From contig CAXXLL010000003.1 of NCBI GenBank assembly GCA_963662545.2, positions 2,080,001-2,144,000 on the forward strand: DNA of 64,000 nt, written 5' to 3'. Position 1 is the first letter of the stretch. Every line of letters begins with the position of its first letter. A program made the translations under genes and the position numbers. Shown here in pieces: positions 20,046 through 30,336 of this stretch. Source of the stretch: Gammaproteobacteria bacterium. Lineage in GTDB: Bacteria; Pseudomonadota; Gammaproteobacteria; Ga0077536. A model generated the notes under the pieces. That model made no database searches and was not told the origin of the DNA. It was given only the letters and a program-made list of their open reading frames with translations.

Positions 20046-20735
20046 ATGAATAAATTTATATGCACCCACTCCCTCATGGCGGCATTGCTGTTTTCCCTGT
20101 CGCCATTTGCCCTAGCCGATGAGCCGATCGATATTCTGCGCGAGAACATCGCGCGGGGAATCGGCGTACTGGAAGATCCGCAATACGAGGCGAACGGTAA
20201 TCGGGACGTTCAACTGGACAAGCTGTGTGAGATCACAATGGAGATCTTCGATGCGAAGCTGTTCACTCGATTGGCCCTGACTTCGGATTGGAAAAGATTC
20301 AGTACCGAGCAGCAGACAGAGTTCGTCGATGTGTTTGCTACGTTTCTGTGTCGGTATTACCTCACCCGGATGCAGGATCGCTACGACGGCCAGCGAATTG
20401 AATTCACTGAGCAGACTTTCAAGTCCGATACCCGCGTATCAGTCGGGGCCGACGTTATCTGGCGGGGTCTCGAAATACCGATCGAAGTTCGCATGGTGCT
20501 TCGTCATGAAAAATGGACTGCTTATGATCTTGTTGTCGCGGGCGTGAGCGCGGTCATATTGTATCGAGCGCAGTTTCGCTCAGTATTACGGGACGGTACG
20601 CCCGCCGACTTGATCGATACCATCAAGCAGAAAACACCCGCCGCCGCCTATGCCGGCGCGGTGGACAGTTCCGTGCCCGCAACGCCCGCTGAACCGGATC
20701 CCGGTCCAGAGGGATCCGAACGGAGTGAAACCTGA
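20046..20735 (+). CDS. MlaC/Ttg2D-type phospholipid-binding periplasmic protein
   Basis: Signal peptide; FDAKLFTRLAL..W...EQQTEFVDVF; W.AYDLVVAGVS...YRAQF. Confidence 0.85.
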   Translation: MNKFICTHSLMAALLFSLSPFALADEPIDILRENIARGIGVLEDPQYEANGNRDVQLDKLCEITMEIFDAKLFTRLALTSDWKRFSTEQQTEFVDVFATFLCRYYLTRMQDRYDGQRIEFTEQTFKSDTRVSVGADVIWRGLEIPIEVRMVLRHEKWTAYDLVVAGVSAVILYRAQFRSVLRDGTPADLIDTIKQKTPAAAYAGAVDSSVPATPAEPDPGPEGSERSET

Positions 20736-20936
20736 ATCGCCGCTGATCGATGGAGGAAGGCAGCGGGCGATCACCGCTGCCTTCACGGGCACGCGAGGCG
20801 GTTGGGGTACGACGCCTCGTTGATCGAAGCACACGAGCGCCCGTGCCTTTAAGTCTAGTCGTTCGCCGCCGATTTTTCCGCGCGGTTCGAGCGTCGGCCT
20901 CGCATTGATTCACATCCCCTTAATGAGGGAGGCAAC

Positions 20937-21338
20937 ATGCCCAACAAGCATTTAAATCCAGATACCTTGTTCACTCCGGAAGGCAACAGCTATACGCAGG
21001 TTGTCACGAGTACGGGCGGTACGACCATCCACGTCGCGGGGCAGGTCGCGTTCGATATGGCGGGCAATGTCATTGGCATTGGTGACTTGCAGGCTCAGAC
21101 CGAAAAAGCGCTCGATAACCTGCGCCTGGCGCTCACGGCTGCCGGAGCGGGTATCAAGGACCTGGTTCGCATGCGTTATTACGTAGTCAACTACGATCCA
21201 GCGTGTCTCGAGTTCCTGCTGCCCGTAGTGACGGCATTTTTCGACGATGCACCTGCGCCGGCCAGCACGCTGGTCGGGGTGTCCGCGTTGTTTGTGGACG
21301 GCCTGCTGATTGAGATCGACGCGACTGCGGTCCTCTGA
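20937..21338 (+). CDS. RidA/YjgF family protein
   Basis: YTQVV, VAGQV, PASTLVGVSAL, LIEIDATAV. Confidence 0.92.
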   Translation: MPNKHLNPDTLFTPEGNSYTQVVTSTGGTTIHVAGQVAFDMAGNVIGIGDLQAQTEKALDNLRLALTAAGAGIKDLVRMRYYVVNYDPACLEFLLPVVTAFFDDAPAPASTLVGVSALFVDGLLIEIDATAVL

Positions 21339-21502
21339 TCATCTATCTATACGGTATCTGGCATAAGGGCTGCGTGATCTAACCGGCATCACGGCGTCAT
21401 CCTCCGTCGGTTGACTTGCACATCGACGAACGCGGGCTCGATCTGTTCGGGTAGAATCCGTCGGAGAACCACCTTCGGCGATCGATCCAAGGGAGAACGA
21501 CA

Positions 21503-22297
21503 ATGGACCTAAACGCTTACGAAACGTTCAAGTTCGAGCGTCGCGGAAACATTCTGACGGCGATCATTAATCGACCCGATCACATGAACGCGGTCAACGC
21601 CCAGATGCATACTGAAATGGCGAGCGTGTTCTACGATCTGCAGAAGGATCCGGATAGCGACGTCATCATCCTGACCGGCGAAGGGCGGGCATTCTGCGCG
21701 GGCGGGGACACGGCGTGGTTCCAGAAGATGATCGACGATCCCGTGTTATTCGAACGCCTGATGCCCGAGGCGAAGGCTATTGTGTTCGGATTGCTGGAGC
21801 TCGAAAAACCCATCATCTGCCGGCTGAACGGCGCGGCTGCCGGGCTCGGCGCTACCATTGCGTTGTTGTGCGATATCGTCATCGCTTCGGAGAAGGCACT
21901 GATCGGCGATCCCCATGTGTGCATGGGCCTCGTCGCCGGTGACGGCGGTTGCGTGATCTGGCCGCAGCTCATCGGATTCAACAAGGCCAAGGAACTGCTC
22001 ATGCTTGGCGACATGCTGAAGGCGCACGAAGCCGACAAGTACGGTCTGATCAATCATCTGGTGCCGCCCGAAGAACTCGACCTAAAGACGAACGAAATTG
22101 CCGATCGGCTCGCCAAAGGTGCGACCAAGTCCATCCGCTTCACCAAGATCACCGCGAACATTCCACTGCGCCGGATCGCGGCGGAACTAATGGATGCCAG
22201 CTTGCCTTATGAAGCTTTGACCAATCTGACTGCGGATCATCAGGAGGCCGTCAATGCCTTTATCGAAAAGCGGGCCGCCAATTTCACCGGGAACTAG
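21503..22297 (+). CDS. Enoyl-CoA hydratase/isomerase (crotonase family)
   Basis: NRPDHMNA, LTGEGRAFCAGGD, NGAAAGLG, GLVAGDGG. Confidence 0.93.
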   Translation: MDLNAYETFKFERRGNILTAIINRPDHMNAVNAQMHTEMASVFYDLQKDPDSDVIILTGEGRAFCAGGDTAWFQKMIDDPVLFERLMPEAKAIVFGLLELEKPIICRLNGAAAGLGATIALLCDIVIASEKALIGDPHVCMGLVAGDGGCVIWPQLIGFNKAKELLMLGDMLKAHEADKYGLINHLVPPEELDLKTNEIADRLAKGATKSIRFTKITANIPLRRIAAELMDASLPYEALTNLTADHQEAVNAFIEKRAANFTGN

Positions 22298-22564
22298 CAG
22301 TCTGTCGGACTTAGGCAATCGTCGCGAGCAGAGTGGGAGAGCGAGGCCAAATGTTCACGATTTTGAGGCGCATAGTGGTTCTATGTAACGATAAATCGTG
22401 GATATTTGGGCCGCTCTCCCATCTGCGTAGCAGATTGTTCCTAAGTCCGACAGGCTGCTAGGAAGGCGTTGCGACATAATATTCGCCAGCAAGCCGGCTC
22501 CTACATCATCGAAGCCCCTGTAGGGACCAGCTTGCTGGCGAATCAAACGACCGGAGCAAACCCG

Positions 22565-23737
22565 ATGTATTTCCAGGAAGAACCCGAACACATCACGATA
22601 TTGCGGCGGCAGCTCAAGCGCCTAGTTGAGGAGGAAATGCCGCGCGAGCTCGTCAGGCAGTGGGACAGGGACAGGCACATGCCGCGCGACGCCATCGCCA
22701 AGATGGTGGATCTGGGGGTCTGCGGGCTGACTATCGACGAGGAATACGGTGGCCTCGGGCGCGATGTCGTCGCCGCCATCGTCGTCATCGAGGAGCTCTC
22801 GCGGCGCAGCATGCACCTCGCGGGACCGTATATCCACATCGCCTTCTACGGCGGTATGAATATCTCCGAGAGCGGCAGCGAGGAGCAGAAGCGTGAATAC
22901 CTGCCGAAGCTTGCCAGGGGCGAAATTCTGTTTGCCTATGGCTTATCGGAACCTGACGTCGGCGGCGATCTCGCCTCGGTGACGACCACCGCCAAGCGGA
23001 CGCAGGGCGGCGATGCGGTTGTGATCAATGGTACCAAGCGCTGGTGCTCCGCAGCCCGCGACGCGGACTATATTTACTGTCTCGTTAAATCCGATCCCGA
23101 TGCACCGCGCTACAAGAATCTTTCCTTCGTCCTGGTACCAACCGACAGTCCCGGCATCAGTTTCAACGACATCGCCCATACGGGGATCCGGTACACCACG
23201 ACGGGAGACGTCATTTTCGACGACGTCGAGGTACCCGCCAGCTATATCATCGGGGGGGAAGAGGGCTGGAATGCCGGCTGGCCGAAACTCATCGGCCCGG
23301 CGCTCGACGTCGAACGGCTCGAGATCACCGCGTTCGCGCTTGGCACAGCGCACGCGGCGGTGGAAGACGCCTGGAACTACGCGCAAGTTCGCAAGCAGTT
23401 TGGGAAAGTGATCTCTTCACACCAGGCCATCAGACACGCTTTGGTCGATGCCAAGACCAAGCTGCAAGCCTGCGATCACATGCTCTACCATGCGGCGTGG
23501 TTGGCGAACGAGCGTAAACCGTGTTCGGTTGAGAGTTCTATGGCGAAACTCTTCATCGGTGAAACCGCACTGGAGATCGCGCTCAGCTGCCAGCAGATCA
23601 TGGGTGCGTACGGTCTTGCGGAGGAGTACGACATGGAACGTTACGTGCGCGATCTGATGTGCATGCCGATCGTCGGTGGCAGTTCCAACATGCAGCGTAA
23701 TAACATCGCCGGAAGGCTGCGGCTGGCTTCGGAATAG
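22565..23737 (+). CDS. Acyl-CoA dehydrogenase
   Basis: EEYGGLG, GLSEPDVGGD, INGTKRW, RKQFGK, SMAK, QIMGAYG, IVGGSSNMQR. Confidence 0.95.
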   Translation: MYFQEEPEHITILRRQLKRLVEEEMPRELVRQWDRDRHMPRDAIAKMVDLGVCGLTIDEEYGGLGRDVVAAIVVIEELSRRSMHLAGPYIHIAFYGGMNISESGSEEQKREYLPKLARGEILFAYGLSEPDVGGDLASVTTTAKRTQGGDAVVINGTKRWCSAARDADYIYCLVKSDPDAPRYKNLSFVLVPTDSPGISFNDIAHTGIRYTTTGDVIFDDVEVPASYIIGGEEGWNAGWPKLIGPALDVERLEITAFALGTAHAAVEDAWNYAQVRKQFGKVISSHQAIRHALVDAKTKLQACDHMLYHAAWLANERKPCSVESSMAKLFIGETALEIALSCQQIMGAYGLAEEYDMERYVRDLMCMPIVGGSSNMQRNNIAGRLRLASE

Positions 23738-23901
23738 GGAACCTATGATTAAGTCATGGTGCGTCTGAGTGGTTCATGCAATGGTGCAGATCAAGGCACG
23801 AATCGCGGCCATAGCGGGGATTAGGGCTAAGGTTCGTAACGTAAGACTCCGCGATTTCATGGGCAAGGCAGATGTGCCATGATTTATTCAGAGGTTTCTT
23901 A
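23735..23901. mobile_element. Degenerate MITE inserted at the acyl-CoA dehydrogenase stop codon
   Basis: TAGGGAACCTATGATTAAGTCATGG ... CCATGATTTATTCAGAGGTTTCTTA imperfect TIRs. Confidence 0.75.
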
Positions 23902-24272
23902 AGTGGTCGTGACGGCTGAGACCGTCCCTGCTCCGGGATCTAGGCAGCGGATTGCCCGGCCCGGCCCCGACGGTCTTCTTCCAGGTAGCCCCGGTTCGCC
24001 GAAAACGAGGAGCAAGATCAGACCGAATCACCCCCCCTCCCCGTTTAAACGCCCATCTTATTCGTAGCTTATCGAGTGATTCGTACCTTCATAAACAGAA
24101 ATAGTTGCTAAGCGACTGACTTAGTTTCATATCGGAAATAATGCCAATTATTTCCTGGATCTTGGTTCTACGAGGCGGTAATTTGACAGTTGCGGACCGG
24201 GCTTCCGGTGCGCAAGCATGCCTCAAAATAATTAGACTGCGCAGATAAATACAAGCCACGGAGGTACGCGCT

Positions 24273-24803
24273 ATGTTGTTTAAGAAAAAGGACCAGGAAG
24301 AGCAAGGTGAAATCATCGGTGAGGCCAAAGTAGTCGATCGATCAGACGAAATCACCGAAGTGCGGGGTGCGTCGATCGAAGTAACGGCGGAAGAACCGGA
24401 ACTCGTTGCACCGGCTGCGATCATCGGCCAATCGATCCTCATCAAGGGAGACGTCAGTGGTGATGAGGATCTCATCGTCGAGGGCCGTATCGAAGGCACG
24501 GTGTCATTACTGAAGAGCCGTTTGACGGTTGGATCGAATGGCAACATCCATGCAACCGTCAATGCGAAAACCCTCAATATCGAAGGAAACATCGAGGGCG
24601 ACGTCAATGCTGGCGAATATGTGGTACTGACGAGCTCCGGCAGGATGCAGGGCAACATCAAGGCCCCGCGGATAACGCTTCAGGACGGCTGCAAGTTCAA
24701 GGGAACGATCGACATGGAGATGGATCCCAGCTCGGTCGTGACCGATCTAAAGCAGCCTTTTTCGAGCTCCTCGCAGAAAACGAGCCCGGATCAGGCGATT
24801 TAA
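24273..24803 (+). CDS. Bactofilin (polymer-forming cytoskeletal protein)
   Basis: IIGQSILIKGDVSGDEDLIVEGRIEGTV...IEGNIEGDV...GNIKAPRITLQDGCKFKGTIDM beta-helix repeats; GGAGG RBS. Confidence 0.93.
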   Translation: MLFKKKDQEEQGEIIGEAKVVDRSDEITEVRGASIEVTAEEPELVAPAAIIGQSILIKGDVSGDEDLIVEGRIEGTVSLLKSRLTVGSNGNIHATVNAKTLNIEGNIEGDVNAGEYVVLTSSGRMQGNIKAPRITLQDGCKFKGTIDMEMDPSSVVTDLKQPFSSSSQKTSPDQAI

Positions 24804-24830
24804 GCCAGGCCGACGCTGCGCAATTTCCGA

Positions 24831-24860
24831 CGGCGCTCCGGGTTTGTACTCGGGGCGCCG
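24831..24860. terminator. GC-rich hairpin between convergent genes (possible bidirectional terminator)
   Basis: CGGCGCTCCGGGT-TTGT-ACTCGGGGCGCCG 13-bp stem; no clear U-tract. Confidence 0.45.
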
Positions 24861-24881
24861 CGCGGGAAGTGCTTCGTTTAG

Positions 24882-24941
24882 ATTCGCCCGCAAGCGGGCT
24901 CCTACCTTCGGTTCCGCGTAGGAGCCTGCTTGCGGGCGAAT
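24882..24941. repeat. REPIN: inverted pair of GTAG-family REPs
   Basis: ATTCGCCCGCAAGCGGGCTCCTAC - spacer - GTAGGAGCCTGCTTGCGGGCGAAT. Confidence 0.88.
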
Positions 24942-24972
24942 GAATTACGCATCCCGAATCGCGAACGCCGGT

Positions 24973-25503
24973 TCAATCCTCGGAAGAATCCCTGTACACC
25001 ATCGCATAGATCGCCGCGAAGGCGTCGTCCGCCATCGCGCGCACTTCTTCATCGGTGCGATCCTGAATGGGGTGCGGAACAAACACCCGCTTGGGATGGA
25101 AGCCGAGCGCTTCCCCTTGGGTATCGGCCGCCGTCACGAACGCACTTGACGCGACGTACCCGCCGGGAATGCCGCGGCTGTCGAGATTCTTGATGTCATG
25201 CAAACTGCACGACGTACACGATCCTCAGTCAGCCAGGCCTTCGACCACCACGTCGCATTGGCTGGCGATGTCCTGCAACAGTCCGACCGGCGCGGGTCTA
25301 GCGAAGGTCGGTTTCTTGAAGCGGATGGTCTTGAGCCCGCGTTCGCTCAGCAGGGCGTCGATGCGATCGAGAAACACGTCCCCCTTCACCTTGGAGATGT
25401 CCAGCAGACCCACCGTCAGGTCTTTGAGAGAAGCCGGCGTCGGCAGCGGATCACGCTGCGCCGTGCCCTGCTCGCCGGTGGGGTCGAGAATTACCTGCGT
25501 CAT
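24973..25503 (-). CDS. UGSC-family selenoprotein
   Basis: VVVEGLAD-TGA(25225-27)-GSCTSCSLHD continues in frame into ...VPHPIQDRT; 8-bp hairpin GTCGTGCA[GTT]TGCATGAC starts 11 nt after the TGA. Confidence 0.92.
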
Positions 25504-26927
25504 GAGAGTATCTCCTTGGTAACCGGGTTGGTGCCGAGAGGGCCCTTCATCAACCATCCCGGGATGATAGCGGAGAAGAGGCCCGCCCGCCCGCCCGCTC
25601 GGATCAGCGTTAAACCTTCGGGCCGGAACTTCGGCATCCTCCCGCCGGCGGATGCTGTCGTCGGCGCTGCGTCATCATTCGTACCCATGGCGAGGTCGTC
25701 GCCAGGAACATTCAATTGCGCATGCAGGGCTTCGACCGCTTGGGCTTTGCTCCAGCCCGCTTCGTCGAACACACGCCCGTGCTCGGGCCCGATCAATACG
25801 ACGGCGTCCGAACCGTTGACCAGGTCGGCGTGACCGACCGTGCGCAGGCTCTGGGCGATCGACACGATCAAGGGTTCGGGCACGCGGGCTTTCTGATCGA
25901 GGACGCCCTGTACGCCGTCGGCGCTGAACAGGGTGACGGTCGATTGACCGGCATCGAATCCGCGTTCTTCCGCCAGGCTCGGCCACGGCGTATCTTCGTC
26001 TTCCGCGAAACAAAAGGTGTATTTGCCCGGTGTCCCAAACGTCGATTGGTCGGCTTCCTGCGGGCGTCCCCCGCCGACGTTACGAATGATCAATTGCAGA
26101 GCCCGGCCGATCGTCGCATTGGCCCGGTTGCCTTGTCCCAACACGTTGCCCTGCCAGTTCATGCCTATGGCTTTACGCAACGGTCCGTTCACGATCAACA
26201 TAGGCCCCGAAAACCAGGTCGTCGCCAACAATCCGTGCATGCAGAACGCGGGATCGAGCGCGGCTTCGGTGGCAGCGATGACGACGGGCAGGTATTCCGG
26301 CTTACAGCCGGCCATCACCGCATTGACGGCGATTTTTTCGATCGTCAGAGGCACCAGGACAGGCGGGACCTCGCCCAGCAGCTCATCGGATCGCCGACGG
26401 GTACCCTGGAGCATGCGGTAAACCCGTTCTTCGGTCGGCGGCACCAGCGGCAGACCATCGCTCCAGCCGCGCTCGAAGCAATACTCGATATCGTCTTCCA
26501 GTTCCGGGATCGCAAGGCGACGGGAATGGATCGAGACATCGCCGAAGCGCAGCGCGAGCTTTTCTGCGTTACCGGGTTCGACCGACAGCGATCCGCAGCC
26601 TGGCCGGTAGGGAGGCAGATCCGTGCCGATGTTCTCGAGTCCCGTCAGGGCCGCCCATTCCTCGCGAGCCCAGCCGATGACGCGCGATCGTTCTTCACCG
26701 TTTTCAACTTGAATGAGCGTGGGCACGGTCTCGATGTCGAGACGGTAGGAGCGTTCGAGCGAGGTATCGTCGACGACGTGATCGAGCTTCGGGAAACTCG
26801 TGTCGTCCTGCGTATACACCGTGAGCGGCAGGCCGCCTCGCGCGATTTCCTGGAGGACCGGTTCGATCAGTACGCAAGTGGGACAGTCGCGCTTTACGAC
26901 GGCGACGAATCCTTCGGGTAATTTCAT
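25500..26927 (-). CDS. Thioredoxin-fold (CPTC) protein fused to a UGSC-associated domain
   Basis: VVKRDCPTC, IETVPTL, RPGCGS, GWSDGLPLVPPT, AVNAVMAGCKPEY, GNRANATIGRA; ATGA overlap with the UGSC gene. Confidence 0.88.
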   Translation of the reverse strand: MKLPEGFVAVVKRDCPTCVLIEPVLQEIARGGLPLTVYTQDDTSFPKLDHVVDDTSLERSYRLDIETVPTLIQVENGEERSRVIGWAREEWAALTGLENIGTDLPPYRPGCGSLSVEPGNAEKLALRFGDVSIHSRRLAIPELEDDIEYCFERGWSDGLPLVPPTEERVYRMLQGTRRRSDELLGEVPPVLVPLTIEKIAVNAVMAGCKPEYLPVVIAATEAALDPAFCMHGLLATTWFSGPMLIVNGPLRKAIGMNWQGNVLGQGNRANATIGRALQLIIRNVGGGRPQEADQSTFGTPGKYTFCFAEDEDTPWPSLAEERGFDAGQSTVTLFSADGVQGVLDQKARVPEPLIVSIAQSLRTVGHADLVNGSDAVVLIGPEHGRVFDEAGWSKAQAVEALHAQLNVPGDDLAMGTNDDAAPTTASAGGRMPKFRPEGLTLIRAGGRAGLFSAIIPGWLMKGPLGTNPVTKEILS

Positions 26928-27091
26928 TACATCGATCTCCACGTTTCGGGCCCGATCCCGCGGCGCTAAACTGCGCAAAGGGCGAGCCGATGTCTATACT
27001 ACGAAGGAAGCGACGGTCAGCGACACACCCATCTACTGGTTGGTGTCTCGCGACGATGCACCGTGCAGCTCGCAAATAACATAACTATTAG

Positions 27092-27430
27092 ATGGAGCCC
27101 ATTATGAGCATTCGAATTTCGATGATTATTTTGACATCAATGTTGATCTTCTTGTCCGCCGCGTCTCTGGCAGGCGAGCGCATGATCGCCGGATCGCAGC
27201 GCGGCAGCGACCTCGTGGCGACCGGTGCCGCGGATGCGCTCACTTCGCCCGCCCGGGTCTTGACCGAAATTCGCGATGAGACGAAGAACTTCGGGGCATT
27301 CGGAATCATTGGCGGCAGCGTCAGAGGCCCCATAAAAGCCGGCGGCCAGGCCTTGAGGGGCGGTGCACGGATGGCGATTGGGATACTCGATGTCTTGTTA
27401 TCGCCGTTTGTGGAACCCGAGCCTGAGTAA
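27092..27430 (+). CDS. Small hypothetical protein with signal peptide
   Basis: Hydrophobic N-terminus ending ASLA; Gly-rich helices. Confidence 0.6.
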   Translation: MEPIMSIRISMIILTSMLIFLSAASLAGERMIAGSQRGSDLVATGAADALTSPARVLTEIRDETKNFGAFGIIGGSVRGPIKAGGQALRGGARMAIGILDVLLSPFVEPEPE

Positions 27431-27604
27431 GTGAGGGGGCGAATGGAAGTGCCTTGGTGAAGCGGGGGCATCAGCAATGTACTGTTGCGAACCGTATAGA
27501 ACTGCTTGCGGCCGGGAGGAGGTAATCGACAAGGAACCAGTTTTCACTCCCTCCCCTGAATGAGTGCTTGCGACCTGAGGGAGACATTCGCAATCGTGGT
27601 TGCT

Positions 27605-27778
27605 TTACTCCAATTCGAACAACTGTGCCTTCGCCTCTTGCAGGTCTTTGGTGTCAAAGCCGTCGGTGAACCAGTTGTAAATTTGGGATAGCAACTCGCG
27701 GGTTTTGGTTGTCTTCCCCTGCTGCTGCCACAGCCGGGTAAGGCTGGTGGCGGCCAGGAGTTCCCAAGATTTGCCTTC
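27605..27778 (-). pseudogene. C-terminal relic of an adenylate-cyclase/AAA-ATPase/TPR (TOMM kinase-cyclase-type) protein
   Basis: EGKSWELLAATSLTRLWQQQGK...ELLSQIYNWFTDGFDTKDLQEAKAQLFELE*; 5' part missing at a CTAG junction. Confidence 0.85.
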
Positions 27779-28049
27779 CTAGTGTTTAGCGTTTTTCGAC
27801 AAGTTGAATACCACCTTGCGCGACCACCCATGGACAAATCGACAAAAATACGTTCCCGCGGAGACGCTTTTATAGTGAGAATCATTCGCATGCACTAATC
27901 GACCGGATTTAGTGGGAAGCGGAAATAATGGGGTCGGAGTAATCTTGCCGGTCCGCAATTGCGATAGCATGTAGAGCGTAATAATGAGCCGTATTGCCCC
28001 TGAGCGACGTTCGCTCCGGCAATCTTTCGTTTTTGAGGAAAATCCGTTA

Positions 28050-28280
28050 ATGAGCAATTTTCTGTTTCCGCGGCCGGCTGAGGCTGCGCCGGTTCAGTCG
28101 CGGGAACCCGTGGAAGGTGCCTGCGATGAATGCGGGGCGGAGGATCTTCTGCGATACCCCGTTCTTTCCGAAGGCGGTTGGTTCATCGTCGTTAAGTGCC
28201 AGAGCTGTCTGTATTCGATGAGTCGGGAACATTGGGCCCGGCTCGGCGCCGTTCAACTCATGACAGACGCCATCGAGTGA
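28050..28280 (+). CDS. Small Zn-ribbon protein (CxxC...CxxC) preceding the hydantoinase genes
   Basis: CDECG ... KCQSCL; GAGG RBS; 15 nt upstream of hydantoinase A. Confidence 0.75.
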   Translation: MSNFLFPRPAEAAPVQSREPVEGACDECGAEDLLRYPVLSEGGWFIVVKCQSCLYSMSREHWARLGAVQLMTDAIE

Positions 28281-28295
28281 GGGGGAAATAACACC

Positions 28296-30320
28296 ATGAT
28301 GGCAGTCGATGTTGGCGGTACGTTCACCGATGTCGTGACCGTCGTAGGGGGCGAGATCCGCACCGCCAAAGTTTCTACCGACGTCAATCACGTCGACAAC
28401 AGCGTGATCGCCGGCGCCGCAGAATTGGCGGTAAAGAATGCCACGGTCTTCAACCACGCCAGCACCCATGGGTTGAACGCGATCATCACGCGCTCGCTGC
28501 CGAAGATCGGTTTCCTGACGACCATGGGGCATCGCGATATTCTCGATATCGGCCGTACGTGGCGGCCGGCGAAGGCCTTGACCGATCCCCGATGGCGGCG
28601 CTCGTTTGGCGACACTATGAAACCGCTGGTGGAACGTTACCTGCGTCGCGGTGTTGCGGAACGGATCATGGCCTCCGGGGAAATCTTTGCGCCGCTGGAC
28701 GAAGAGCAGGCGCGCGAGGAAATTCGTGTATTAGCGAAATGCAAGGTCGAAGGCGTGGCAATCTGTCTGCTCAATGCCTATACCAATGACGTACATGAAG
28801 TGCGCCTGCGTGAACTGGTCAAGGAAGAATTGGGCGATATTCCCTGTTCGGTATCGAGCGAAATTTCTCCGCTCGCCAAGGAATACGCGCGCGCGTCGAC
28901 CTCTTTGGTCGATGTGTTTATGAAGATCATCTACGAGGAATACGCTGAGCGGCTCGACGCCGGCTTACGCGATCTTGGATTTGCCGGGCAGTTGAATTTC
29001 GCGGACTGTACGGCGAACCTCATCCCGGCCGCCGACGCGATGGCGAACCCCTTTCGTCTGGTGTTCTCGGGACCTGCGGCGGGGACGGTCGGCAGCGCCC
29101 ATTTCGGCACCCTGATCGACGAGCCCAACCTTTTATGTGCCGACGTCGGTGGCACGAGCTGTGACATCAGCCTGGTCACGAACGGCCAACCCTTCGTCAA
29201 CACCACTTTCGAGATCGAACACGACCTTATCGTCAATGCCCTGTCGAACGATATCTCGAGTATCGGTGCGGGCGGCGGTAGCCTCGTTGCGATTTCTCCG
29301 ACCGGCGATATCACGGTGGGCCCGGAAAGCGCCGGCGCCGATCCCGGCCCCGCGTGTTATGGCCGCGGTGGTTCGCAACCGACGATAACGGATGTCTGTG
29401 TCCTCGCCGGCTTGATCGATCCAGCCGGTTTCGCAGGCGGTAAAATGGCGCTCGATCCCGAACTATCGCGACGCGCCTTCGAGGCGCTGGACACGCCGCT
29501 AGCATTCGAACAGCGCGTGCGTTACGCCTATGACATCGGTTTGAACAACATCGCCGAAGGGATCTTCAATATCGCGGTCAAGAACGGTATCGACCCGAGA
29601 AATTACACACTCATGGCCTACGGTGCCGCAGGGCCCTTACTGCTCCCTGCAATAGCCGATCTAATCCACGTGCGGCGCGTGGTGGTACCCCCGCATCCCG
29701 GCTTGTTTTCTGCGCTGGGGTTGTTGAGCGCGGACCAGGCCTATTCGAGCAGCCGGAGCGCCTATACGGTTTTGACGCCGGATACAGCCGACGCCATCGA
29801 TGCGGTTTACCGAACGATGGAAGACAAGCTGCTCGAGAGACTTCGCGAGCATGCGAACGTCGAGCTCATTCGATCGTTTGACGGCCAGCTGGTCGGGCAG
29901 ACCTGGGAGACCCCTTTCATTAACGTGCCGGCCGGCCCAATCACCACCGAGACCATCGACACGATGATCCAGAACTTTCATGTGGCTTACGAAGAACGCA
30001 ACGGTAATCGCTTTGAATCGATTCCGGTTCAGGGCGTGACTTATCGGATTCGGGCCGTCGTGCCCACTGACAACGTGAATTACGCGACCTTGCCTGAGCG
30101 TGATGGTGAACCGCTGCGCGGCATTGACACTACCGTGTTGCGTTACGTGTCGGATGCAGAACAATTGGCGCAAGTCTACAATCGCGAGATGCTGTGCGCT
30201 AACGACGAAATCCATGGACCTGCGATCGTTCGCGAACCGTTGTCCACGACTTATATCACCCAGAACCAATTGGGACGAGTCGGCAGCTTCGGTGAGATCA
30301 GCATCGAGAAAATTGGATAA
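28296..30320 (+). CDS. Hydantoinase A/5-oxoprolinase-like ATP-binding subunit
   Basis: VDVGGTFTD, SGPAAG, DVGGTSCD, IGAGGGS, GPESAGADPGPACYGRGG. Confidence 0.95.
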   Translation: MMAVDVGGTFTDVVTVVGGEIRTAKVSTDVNHVDNSVIAGAAELAVKNATVFNHASTHGLNAIITRSLPKIGFLTTMGHRDILDIGRTWRPAKALTDPRWRRSFGDTMKPLVERYLRRGVAERIMASGEIFAPLDEEQAREEIRVLAKCKVEGVAICLLNAYTNDVHEVRLRELVKEELGDIPCSVSSEISPLAKEYARASTSLVDVFMKIIYEEYAERLDAGLRDLGFAGQLNFADCTANLIPAADAMANPFRLVFSGPAAGTVGSAHFGTLIDEPNLLCADVGGTSCDISLVTNGQPFVNTTFEIEHDLIVNALSNDISSIGAGGGSLVAISPTGDITVGPESAGADPGPACYGRGGSQPTITDVCVLAGLIDPAGFAGGKMALDPELSRRAFEALDTPLAFEQRVRYAYDIGLNNIAEGIFNIAVKNGIDPRNYTLMAYGAAGPLLLPAIADLIHVRRVVVPPHPGLFSALGLLSADQAYSSSRSAYTVLTPDTADAIDAVYRTMEDKLLERLREHANVELIRSFDGQLVGQTWETPFINVPAGPITTETIDTMIQNFHVAYEERNGNRFESIPVQGVTYRIRAVVPTDNVNYATLPERDGEPLRGIDTTVLRYVSDAEQLAQVYNREMLCANDEIHGPAIVREPLSTTYITQNQLGRVGSFGEISIEKIG

Positions 30321-30336
30321 TCTTTCGGAGAAATTC

